Program-made: the position numbers and the translations under genes
Part shown: positions 52,545 to 64,000 of the stretch, one piece after another
How positions within the stretch are numbered: the stretch's first letter is position 1
Layout of the letters: every line of letters begins with the position of its first letter
From: Eledone cirrhosa
Taxonomy: Eukaryota
Direction: 5' to 3'
DNA: 64,000 nucleotides
Assembly (NCBI GenBank): GCA_964016885.1
Contig: OZ024741.1
Span: 127,286,001-127,350,000 of the forward strand
The notes under the pieces: generated by a model
Database searches by the model: none
What the model was told of the DNA's origin: nothing
Seen by the model: the letters and a program-made list of their open reading frames with translations, nothing else

Positions 52545-52930
52545 TCATGTTAGAATAGCCATCCCAACTCGTGTTGCTCGCTCCTGCAGGCAACCGAATC
52601 CGCCTCGATAATAGTGAGTAGTGATGTGGTCTGAAAGCCAAGAACATCAGATGTCTCCACTGCCACGGGTTGGACTACATACCTATCAAAGAGCGACCGA
52701 TATTTCAATACTTTGCTCTCTTTGATCTGGCGAGCAGCGAAGCCTGGATTAGACGCTGAATGCACCAGGTTACCACTGGAGAAGGTGTCACAACACGTAA
52801 CATCCTGGATGGAGTGGGGGGGGGGGGGTACAACCACGGAACGGGAAGGTTGTTATGCCGTCTGGCCTTTTGCTGCTCGAACTTGGAAGGGAAGTCTATG
52901 GCGTCCAAGCAAGGGCCTTGTTTCAAGGGG
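52545..52930 (-). mobile_element. Second CRE-like 3' remnant
   Basis: DVTCCDTFSSGNLVHSASNPGFAA...KYRSLFDRY..PVAVETS. Confidence 0.75.
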
Positions 52931-54459
52931 AGTACTAGGGGATAAGTCCCCTCCACTTTTTCAAACGTCTATATTTTATTTTTTGTTTATTTGATATAAT
53001 AAATTCTTTTTAAGCATATTCTTTTATATCTGAACTTCATTTGAAAATATAAAATTTAATTAGCGTAAAATTTTACTTATGTGATAGGGTCCGGGAAAGG
53101 CAGCATAAGCATATTATGCTCCTTTAAGAATCAGCAAATGTTGGTTTGTCCCCCTCACATTTTTAAGGCAAACGAGGCCCCCGCGTCCAAGCCGTGTTTT
53201 ATTATAGAATATTCTGTTATTACTTTAAATCTTTCAATACCAACCCACCTTTATAAAAGTGTTGACATTTTAGCTCAGATCTTGAACTGGAATTTCATTA
53301 TTACAGAAAATATAGTATTAGATAACCACTTGTCTTTCATCATAACCATTCGTTTGATCAAACTTCTTATAATTCTTCAAACATTATTAGGGGGAAACAC
53401 TGTCGCACTTTATTGTAGCATGTGATTGAGTGTATATGTCTTCTTCCACTGTTTTTTTTTTTTGCTTTTTTTATTGCTTTTATTTGTATACATTCTATTG
53501 AAATAAACTTATGCAAGGTTTTAGATTCTTGGTTGTTTCCCCTTTGATTGATTGGGTTTTCTTCTTTCTTATTTTTCAATTATTATCATCTGAAAGATTG
53601 TGGCAAAAGAGGATAAATGAAGCTTTTTTTAGAGATTTATAAAAAATATATAGAAATTTGCTTTTAAAAAATAAATATATATTTTTTTAATTGATTAGCT
53701 AATTTATTTATTTGTTTATTTCAACAGTTGTTATTATTCTCTGCTGAAATAATGCTGAGCGGTGGTTGACGAGTATCAGTTCCGGTTGTGTGTAAGTCTT
53801 AAGCATGGCTGGTGTTTGTTGGTGATTGTCGAAACGACAGCGGCGTAGATTAAAACATGTTGGCATGGATTAATTCTTCTCACAGTCTATTCATTTGAAT
53901 TTACTATTGGCACAGCAAATCAGGTCTGGTAGATAAACTGTTTATTATTAATATTGTTTTATGTTACATACACACACACATATAGATATATATATATATA
54001 TATACCCGTTGAAAGGTCTGGTACGAAGGATTTGTTTTTTTGTTATGGTTTTAATTTTTTATAAATGGCTAATTTTATTTATGTTGCCTGTGATTCTGGC
54101 TAGTTTAGGTTTGATTCGTTTTATTGTAAAGTTGTGTAAGCCGAAATTATATATATAACATGCGCATTTTAAATGATATGTCTGTACACACACACACATA
54201 TATATGTGTATACACACACACACACCATTTAAAATACGCATGTGTGAAAATATATATGTACAAACACAATCATTTAAGATACAGATGTTAAATGAATATA
54301 TATGTACATATGCACACGCACATAATTTCAGATACACATGCTTATCAATTATACTCGTCGCTAGTGTGAGATATATTGTATAACGATGTTATACAACATG
54401 ATGATGCAATTTAAACAAAATAAAATTCTCAACCTCCTAATTCCATACGTATAATATGT

Positions 54460-54672
54460 AGATCTTTATTTTATATAGAAATGACTTTTACAAGAACAGA
54501 AGTTTAATTCGTATGAAATCGTCAACATTTTCCTGATGATTTCTTACAAATGAAACGGTTCTAATCCTGTTAGAAGTCATTTCTGTATAAAATAAAGATG
54601 CCTATATTCTACTAACTTATTGAGTACCTTTTATAAGTGATTACCCACGATACCTATCGGGAATCCACCCAT
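54460..54672 (+). mobile_element. Short PLE-type tail with inverted arm and hammerhead-like core; same family as 12673-12810
   Basis: CCTGATGATTTCTTACAAATGAAACGGTTC; TATTGAGTACCTT shared with 12753-12766; ends in (TA)n. Confidence 0.5.
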
Positions 54673-54674
54673 TA

Positions 54675-54705
<31 letters not shown>

Positions 54706-54822
54706 TAATAACTATAATTATTATTATTTCTCAACAAAGTTGCTTGCTACCTAAGGTTTCAAAGCCTACTCTAGCATAGGTCATAGAAACACTACATATG
54801 CTAGTGTTTGTTATCTTTCAGG

Positions 54823-54860
<38 letters not shown>

Positions 54861-55226
54861 TTTCGGTTAATTATTGCCCCACATTTCAAATGAAAATAAA
54901 TGTTATATATATTAGGGTGCTGTTTTAAAGTTAGAATTAGAAATAAAGGTTGAAGTTACAGTTTGAAGGAATTTTAGTTACGTTAGTTGGAAAATTTCAG
55001 TTTGAAATGCGAAGCAATTACAACGAAGTGCATACCCCCCCCCCCTTATATATATATATATATATAGTTATAGCTCTGATTCATCTGAATTATTGAGCCC
55101 TCTGCCGCTCATTTCGAATATTGTTTATCGTGAACTCGTGCGCCGATTTTTCGATACTCGATCTTTCTAATATATATATATATATACAAAATATTAATAA
55201 ATATAGACATTCATGTGATCAAATAT

Positions 55227-55290
55227 ATTTTATTTTACATATTTCAGAGGTACTGAGCTATTTCATCAGTACGTCCTCATCAGATAAAAT
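55227..55290 (-). ncRNA. Hammerhead-like motif (degenerate)
   Basis: Minus strand: ATTTTAT-CTGATGA-GGAC-GTACTGA-TGAAATAGC-TCAGTAC-CTCT-GAAATATGTA-AAATAAAAT. Confidence 0.55.
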
Positions 55291-56194
55291 AAATTGATGT
55301 CTGACATACCTCGACTGTGCTGATGGTTCAAATCTAGTCTTGGACTGGATTTATATATATATATACACACACACAATGTAAATAATAACCAAAGAGTGTT
55401 TAATCTTTCAGTTATTTAATGTTTGAAAGATTAAACACTGATTATTATTTACATTGTATGTCTGCTCTGTATTATACTTGTTATTTTACATCGAGCTATT
55501 TGTAACTGAGTAATATTTAATCTTACTCGCCATATATATATATGTATGGAATACTGTTGGCTTCTTTGCTCACAATAATTTCTATACTTTTCATTTATAT
55601 ATATATATATATATACAAAGAAAGTGTGGTAAGATACCAAGTGGACCATAACGCACCAGAGTATTCGAATCTTAGGGTAGTAGAGTGGGTAATAGGAAAA
55701 GTCAGCTAGATCCGAACGTATAGCTGTCGAAACGGCCGGAGCTCTGCCGTCGGGGTCTTGACTCTTTTCCTATATATATATATATCGTAGTTGTGGAATT
55801 AACGCTATACCGAACTCATCCTCTGGACTGAGTTCTCTACCTACTTCGGATATAAAATTGATTTTTCACTACACTATATATATATATGCGAAAAGTAAAC
55901 GGAAAACAACACAGCAAAACGGTATAGTACAATGACGATATATTTTAGTTCACACACAGGTTTGGTGAAACCAACAGAAAATAAATATATATATATGCGG
56001 TCTTTCGTTTTAGGTCTACTCAATGTAAACAATCATATATGTGTGTTTGTTCAGCAATCTCTATTGTGTTCTTAAGCAAGGGACTCCAGATCCTTGAATC
56101 ACCTCTATTAGACATTAGTTTTCCTTTTCGAACTAGTCGCTGTCGTGTACTCGGTCCCTGCACCTGCTAATTTCCTTCGTTAAATCTGGAAGAC

Positions 56195-56440
56195 AGCAGT
56201 CCATTGAAGGAAGGGGCACAGTGAGATGGAGTGGCTGTTGCAGCGGGTGTCGCTGGCCATTCTCCGTGGTAATACTTTTGTTGTTTTATCCGCGGGGTGC
56301 AGCTGAAACCCCACTCCATATGGAGTGTAGAACCTGTTGCCCCTCCCCCGCTTTCTTCCATTGCATAATTCACTTTTTATCTTACGCTTTTATTTTCTTC
56401 TTTTTTTGTTTTCTTGTACATTTTTTTTTTTGTTTACTAC
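56195..56440 (+). mobile_element. Third short CRE-like 3' remnant
   Basis: EMEWLLQRVSLAILRGNTFVVLSAG versus ELEWLFQRVSLAVLRGNAFSILTAG in the large copy. Confidence 0.65.
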
Positions 56441-57671
56441 TTGATATTTTGTATTGCTATAAATTCTGTTTTACACTCGTACTCTCTCTCTCTCTCTCTC
56501 TATTGTGTGTGTGAGAGAGAGAACAATATATAGACACACAGAAACGAATCTATGCCGTTCTCCGTCAATACCATAAGTGAACTTTTCAGTTCGCCAAACA
56601 GCCCACGCATTAAATTTTTGTCCCAAAGTAGTTTATCAAGCTATAAACATAGTTATACATGTGAAAGCGGCATCGCCAATCATTTATTTATCATATAATT
56701 CCATTTTATGATTAGTGTTTCTAGCTAATTGGCTCTCTGTATGTTGTTGTTTAGTCCCAGTTCGAGCTGATTTCTGTTCAAATGCCTTCTATTTTTTTCA
56801 AGAGGATGAGAGTGTGATATGAGGGAGATTTGACTGCTATTTCTTACTAACCTAACGACCACAAGGAAATTCACGTCGGCTTGTGTATGTGGTGGTATTG
56901 GTAACATGTTATAACGATGGCGGTAATTGATGATTCGGTATTTTGATTATAGATTTGATTAAGTTTATACAACACATGTCCTAACTTCTTGCTGACATCA
57001 ACATTTTATATATCATAATTCTTAAGTTTCAATGTTTTTTATATCGCTATCTGTTATTGTTTCGCTTGCTTTGGGTCGTTTATTGTACCTAGACTTATCC
57101 CCCCCCCCCTCTCTCTCACACACACTCTTTCTCTCGCTTATAAATATATACATCCAGACACAGATACGCGTTAGTGTATTTAAACAAGAGAAATGGAGCA
57201 CTCAATACCTTGACTTAGTGGTATATAATTTATTAATCGTTAAAACTTCACAAATTAATTAAATGTTTGGAGTAATGATTTGTGTTTATAAACAGTGTAA
57301 GTTGAACCAAATCTGCGTGCGAATATATATATATATATAGAGAGAGAGAGAGGTCTATGTGTGCGTTAGATCTTATGAAATTGTGTAGTTTATAATTAAC
57401 ACGCAGATATGTATTATGTATCTATTGAGGCATACATGTACTCGTTAATGAATTCACTTTGGTATGTGTAATCTCTCTCTCTACATATATTATATATATA
57501 AAACAATGAAAGAATAAGAAAAACAATCGTTACGTCATATAATGTTTATTTTATATAGCTAAGTATGATCACCCTGCCCTTACATTAAAGAATTTTGTAT
57601 TTAGAACTCCCAAAACAAATCCAAATGGTTGATTAACCATAGTTAGCTTATGACTATACTTAATTATTTAA

Positions 57672-58045
57672 TAACCGAATTATCGTTTGGCTTTTACCAA
57701 TTATATTAAGAAGGACGAAAAAGAAATGGCTCCATATGTATTTACAATACTGGTTTCAGTCATTAGACTGGCCATGCTGTGGCAGCGCCTTGATTTTAGT
57801 CGATCAGTCCAATCTAGTTACGGTACATAAAACACACACACTCATATGTACCGTAATTTAGCGGTTCGATAAAAAAAAAAAAAAAGATCGTTAGAAGACT
57901 AGATTGAACTGATCGACTAAAATCAAGGCGCTGCCCCAACATGGCCACAGTCTAATGACTGAAACCAGTGGAGTAAATACATATAGAGCCATTTCTTTTT
58001 CGTCCTTAATATAATTGGTAAAAGCCAAACGATAATTCGGTTGTT
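57672..58045. repeat. ~145-bp inverted repeat with short spacer
   Basis: 57672-57818 is the reverse complement of 57897-58045. Confidence 0.85.
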
Positions 58046-58305
58046 TATGACAGGCTTTGCAGTTTTCGCCAACCAAATCCCACTCAAGGCATTCATCGAC
58101 TAGAGGCTATAGTAGAAGACACTTGCCTAAGATGCTGTTCAGTATAACTAAACCCAGGTCCACATGGTTGTGAAGCGGGGCTCCTTAGCCACACAGCCAT
58201 GCATGCACCCCTATGTTGAGTAGGTTGAAATTCTTAGAAAATGAAGAAATCTCAATCGCAGAAAATAACTAGCCACAGTCGATTGTAAACCGGGTAAAAG
58301 TGGCC

Positions 58306-58453
<148 letters not shown>

Positions 58454-58649
58454 AGCCTTGAATAGTTAAATCCTTGCACCTCATTCTACAAGACTTTATC
58501 GCTCTCGTACAAGCCCCAACATGTATTCACTTGAAAAATTCATTAGAAAAATATTCATATTTTTTATTTTCATTTTTTCTCGAAGAATTTAATCTTCAAA
58601 ATCTTTTCGGTTAATTTCTTCGTTTCGAAACTGGGTAAACATAGAAACA

Positions 58650-58824
58650 TACCGTATATATGTGTATACTCGTGTATAAGTCGCATGTCCATTTTACATA
58701 CATTTTCAATGTACCATTTATTTTTAATTGGAGTTTGCAGGTCCAATAGATAAGTTGCATGCTAGTTCTTCAAGTCGTATTTTCGTGGCGAAAAGGTGCG
58801 ACTTATGCGCGAGTTTATACGCTA
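58650..58824. mobile_element. TcMar-type MITE
   Basis: TIR-like TATACTCGTGTATAAGTCGCA / TGCGACTTATGCGCGAGTTTATA. Confidence 0.6.
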
Positions 58825-58921
58825 ATTATTATTATTAGGAATAGCTGTATGGTGAATAGAGAACACTGTCACGAAGCTAAATTATTTTTTGTGTATGATG
58901 AGAGGGAGTTATATAATTTTG

Positions 58922-59106
58922 GCGGTGGATTGGCAGTATCGGTAGAGGTTCGGACGCCATGCTTTGACGCATAGAGTTACGGCCCTTGCCATTCTGAGTT
59001 CAAATCCCGCCGAGGTTAACTTTGCCTTTCATCCTTACGGGGTCGATAAAATAAAGTACCAGTAATGTACTGGGTAATTTTCTGGCCTTGTGCCAATAGT
59101 AGAAAC
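58922..59106 (+). mobile_element. tRNA-type SINE with ~15-bp TSD
   Basis: A-box-like TGGCAGTATCGG, B-box GAGTTCAAATCCC; AGTTATATAATTTTG on both sides. Confidence 0.85.
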
Positions 59107-59213
59107 AGTTATATAATTTTGTTTTTGACGCAAATATTCCCAAATATGTTTTTGCTTTCGTTTCCTCTCCGTTCTACCCGATGGTTGTTAAGTAAAATAT
59201 GTACCGTTAAGAT

Positions 59214-59370
59214 CATGGTTTATTATCTTGATTGATACTGCATTGTATCGATCTCGGAAGAATAAAAGGCAAAGTTAGCGTCGTTGGAATTTGAACTCGA
59301 AACGTAATGTATCGTAACTAAATGCCCCAAAATATTTTGTCCGACGCTACATCGATTCTGCCAGCCCACA
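59214..59370 (-). mobile_element. SINE copy with ~21-bp TSD
   Basis: GGAATTTGAACTC; flanked by TAAAATATGTAC(C/T)GTTAAGAT. Confidence 0.75.
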
Positions 59371-61591
59371 TAAAATATGTACTGTTAAGATAAATATAGT
59401 CGATTCTATCGGGTGGGTATGGTTCGTGAGCTGAACAGAGCATTCGTTAATTTGACCTTTATGGTAAATATCATTTCAGTTATTTTATAAAACACAACAT
59501 TCACTATAAATATTCTTTTTCACATGACATCATTCTTGCGATTTGGCTGACTATATATACAAATTATAGCATGACTATAGTTTAATGTCTCCTAACATTG
59601 CTTTCTCACAACTTTTTTTAATAATGCATATTTTATCAATGATTTTTTTTTTTTTTTTTTACGTTTGAAATAGTAGTTTTAAACTGAATTGGACATATCC
59701 ATTTTCAAATGAAACAGCCTCTGGTTCTACAATATAAAATCGTTTGTTTTAAAATGTTTAAATTTATCTAAAAACTTTTACGCGAGAGTCCTTTATATTT
59801 CAAACACCAGCTGAATAATGAGAAAGTTATTTATATTACTAAATTCCTCCAAATTCTCGATTGTTTTCAAAATTATTTTAAAAGCATAGGACGTCTCTTT
59901 CACTAGAAATATGGTAATGAAAGGGTTAAACCATTACAAATACAACAGATACTGTTAGTTTTTTTCTACCAGTTGGTCGTCTGTGTATTTTTTTTTTTTT
60001 TTAGAAAATGAGTAAGTCTTTGTTAATTACATGCTTTACGTTTCCGTTATGAAAGGTCTACCGCAAAAAATATAGACTGAATCAATGTTTATACTATTCT
60101 CGGTAATTTACTGCATTCTCTATTATCAAAACCACCACCACCTTACATACTAAGTGCGTAGTGGCAAAAACTAACATTCTTGAAGAAGACACAAAGTTTT
60201 TCTACAGCAGAAGCTATCTACCTGTTTCTGGCATAACTACAGTTTAGTGTGTCCACACACATACACACGCTTCTCATAACTTTCTTAATGTTGATGCGTA
60301 CTTTAACTTAACTCTTAACGTCCTGTACCGCATAAAACCACAGTAGCAAGACATTGAAAAACTACAAAATACTGCATCGCACTAAAAATTGAAGGCGTTA
60401 ACTTATTTTTCTGCAAATTTTCTCAGCGGTCTGACTGTTAGTAAGGATACTCTAAACATTTTCATTTACAAACCACATGAGCAAGACATTCTTGAAGAAT
60501 ACAAAACAACACTATGACTGCATCACATTAAAAATTGAAGTCTTTATTTCAGTTTACTGAATTAGTTTACATTTAAATTAACAAACCCGTTTTTAGATTA
60601 TTTCTACTAAATTATTATTGAATGTTAGGAGTTAATGAAATTTGGGAGTCTCCACCCTTTCTTTTCTGTGAAAAGTTTAATTGATAGCATCACGAAGGAA
60701 AAAATTATTTTCTCATTGAAATCGGTGGGAGTGTCTTTCTGTAATACCAAATTTTGCAGTGATACGTTCTCAAGGGTGTAAACTAAATTATATTAATGAA
60801 TTGTTTTAAAATTATATTTTTTAATTAAAAAAAAATTCTTTCACTCTTGTATAGTTCTGTTTATTAATGCTTTTTATTTATTGAATATTTTTTTATCTGT
60901 ATTGCAGTAGGTTAAATGTAAACTGAAATATTTTTGATCATGCCTTCCCATTTCATGTTGGAAAGCATGATGAGAAAATGACTTGTAGGAAATAAGGACT
61001 GGAACATAATACTTATAGTTGGGTCCCTTTATGTTCTGAGTTCAAATCTCGAGATTAGCGTTGCCTTTCATTCTTACGAGGTCGATAAAATAAAGTGCCA
61101 GTAACACACCGGGATCGATTTAATTGATTTTCCCTCCCTCAAAATTGTTGGTTTTGTGTCTAAATCCGAAACCATTATTATATAGTTCCATTCATTAATG
61201 CTTTTAACTGAATACTTTCGATTTGCCTCCAGCTAACTCTCCAGCTGTTGCTTGTACTCTTTTCTTTTTATCTGAATGGGCTGAAACAATATGAAATGAA
61301 GTGTCTTGTTTGTGGACACAACACACTGCTGTCATAAAATTGTAAGTTCGATTCCAGGGCAAGGTTGTGTCTTTGAGTAAAATACTTCATTTTACATTGC
61401 TCTTGTCCACTCAGCTAGAAAGAAATTAGTACCACCAGCAGCTGGGAGTTGGGCTGGTGTCCATAGTCTGTTACTTAACACCAATGAAGTTGGGATAAAC
61501 ACTGGCCTGCTGAGATCCCATCATTCAATTTTTCTCGTTTTATTGATATCTACTTCCATTGAATTATATTTAATTAGTCACCTTTTATTAA

Positions 61592-61779
61592 CCCTTTAGC
61601 ATTTAAACCGGCCAGAATTCTCTCACTTTTTTCTGTTCAAATCAACTGTAACCAGTCCCTCATACTGATGTTATGGTATTGTTCTCAAAATAAATATCAA
61701 TCTCATAGATTCGATATTATGTGAGATAAAGCCTTTACCACAAAAATATAATAGTACATATAATGTAAATGCTAAAGGG
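61592..61779. mobile_element. piggyBac-type MITE
   Basis: 14-bp perfect TIR CCCTTTAGCATTTA, with TTAA on both sides. Confidence 0.8.
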
Positions 61780-62226
61780 TTAATGTAAATATTACCTCTA
61801 CAGTATTTACACTGGTATATATATATATATATGATGTAAATACCTTCAAAGTATTTAGATATATTTATATATAATGTAAATACCTTCATAGTATTTACAC
61901 AGCTGTGTGTGTGTGTATATATATAAATATATATATATATATATACATACATATGACATAAATACTTTGTACAATATTTACATACACACACATATACAAT
62001 AAATTGATTGCCTTTTAAAATATTAACCCAGTACAGTTTATGGTTGGTGTTACGAATGGTACCCAGCTGTAGAAGCGATACCAAAATATGGAACATATCA
62101 GTAAGACATGGTCTTCCAACTCATCTAGTCATGGGCTGTGCCATCACAGAAAAGGGATATGATCATGATGAGGATTATATTTTGAACATCATTAAGTTAT
62201 GTTTCTATGGAAATAATTCACTAAGC

Positions 62227-62513
62227 CAGTGATTCCCAACATGGGGCACATGCCTCACAGCGGGGCAAATTGGAAATGATGTTAAAGAGAACTTCAGGTT
62301 TTACTTTTACACCAAAGCAACTTTGGTATGCATTAGTTGGAAACTCCTGTCTCACCTCCTCCACACATGTTATTGTGCATCTGGCACCACCTATATGCCA
62401 ATTTGTTTACACTTTTGCAGTTGATCATCAGTTTTCATATCAAAATGAGGAGGTTGTAACAATATTTTAGATGTTGAGGTGGGGCACGGTGCACAAAAGG
62501 TTGGGAACCACTG
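62227..62513. mobile_element. hAT (Charlie-like) MITE
   Basis: TIRs CAGTGATTCCCAAC / GTTGGGAACCACTG; 8-bp TSD CACTAAGC / CACTAGGC. Confidence 0.85.
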
Positions 62514-64000
62514 CACTAGGCATTGATATGACAGTTGTAGTATTTTTTCCAACTCTCTGAGTTCAAATCCTGCCAAGGTCTTCTTTGTCTTTCATACCTT
62601 TCAGAGTTGATAAAGTACCAATCCAGAGGTGGTAGCAGTGGATTAGTGAAATTGTTCAAGCATTGAACCTGTCACCTACTGTCACTGGAAAAGTAGTGAT
62701 ATATCTGCCAGAAGTGGTAGACAACAGATAGTATCAACAATAGAAAGACCAATGGAAACACAATCTCCTTGGTTTGATTGTGGAAATTAGTTTCTCTCCT
62801 CGTTTTCCTTTTATGTGTTTGTGTCACAACAAAAACCATTCAGTCCACCCTGTTAGATACTCATTTTCATGCCACAATAAAAAGCACACAGTTCACATTG
62901 TAATTAGGTTGGTGTTTTATAAGGGCATCCAGCCATAGAAACCAACCCAAAATACAGGTTTCGCAAGATGCGGTCTCCTGACCTGACTTCTCTCATAACG
63001 TGACGAACCAAATAACCCATGCAAGCATGGAAAATGGACATATGATCATGATGATGATTCAAGTACTCTGTGGGATTTAGTAAAATAAGTTTCTTTCTTA
63101 AGCAGGTGTTTGTGACATTTTAAAAGAGGTTCTTATATAACATTATAATGAAAAGTTTCAGTTTAACCCTTTTAATACTGTATTGCTAATGAAAATTCAA
63201 ATAATGATTTTCAAGTAATTTTTTTAAATAATCAAGAATTTATTAATATAACTAACTTTCAAGGATTGATAAATAAGTACCAGTCAAGAACTGGGTGGGT
63301 GATTTAACTGACTTTCCCTTCATCCCAAATTGCTGGTTTTGTGTCTCAGTGAGAAAATATTATTAAGCTGTTGTAGGGTACTTACATAAAATTAGGGTGG
63401 AAAGTTTTAATAAAAAATACCTTGTGTATCCAGTTTAGAATAAGTTGTATCCCTGCATGTTTTAAAAAGCAACTAAAAGTGTTAATAATGTCAGGAAGGC
63501 ATCAAATTGTAAAACATTGCTTCAATAACCTCCTTGCCAACATGGAAACGATGATGATATTGTATTTCTTCATGTATAATACAATACTGGAGTACAACCA
63601 TGTCTATGTAAATAATTTTGTAAACTTGGTGGTTGTGAGGAGGTTTAGTGGGTGTCTAACATTGAAACATATATATGATCATGTGTGTATGTATACATCC
63701 TGTCCTCTTTTCCAGTGAGTTCGTGTTTCTGTTCTTTGTATCACAGTGGTTTCATTGTCAACTTCCATTGTTTTCATTTGTATATTAAGTGGTAGAAGAC
63801 ATGCATACTCCATCACACACCACCACAACAGATGGTGCTGGAGTTTCCCCTTTAATAATATTTGGGACAAGCCAACACACTTGCAGCATTGCAACAGGTG
63901 ATGGCAAAGCTAAGATGCTGGAATAACCAAGTACCCGCACGAGTATCACCTCATATACCAGTAAGGCTGAGTGACAGTGAGTATAAGATGCTGGAATAAG

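Noticed and set aside
63422-63894. Short ORFs near the right edge
   Set aside because: No recognisable domain or splice structure

Overview
AT-rich, repeat-dominated eukaryotic (animal) genomic DNA with a 200-nt assembly gap at 33551-33750. The SINE families and the very long (TA)n/(CA)n/(GATA)n tracts resemble a coleoid cephalopod such as an octopus; this is an inference. Only one host coding exon is recognisable: exon 1 of glucose-6-phosphate isomerase (minus strand, 40009-40145). The rest is mobile DNA: Tx1/L1-like LINEs in a (GATA)n array, several Penelope-like elements (RT + GIY-YIG) with inverted or hairpin structures including a ~2.2-kb-arm inverted repeat, CR1-group and RTE LINE fragments, a GC-rich CRE-like RLE retrotransposon with three further 3' remnants, a Tc1/mariner relic, a non-autonomous Helitron, hAT/piggyBac/TcMar MITEs, tRNA-type SINEs and a 24-bp minisatellite. 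The most notable signal, invisible in the ORF track, is about a dozen minimal type-I hammerhead ribozyme motifs of different sequence. Most sit in short non-coding inserts within (TA)n microsatellites, and two lie in tandem monomers (~292 and ~637 nt) that look like Penelope-dependent retrozymes. Most ORFs in the track (YI/IY repeats, VVAVSYVL) are repeat artefacts.
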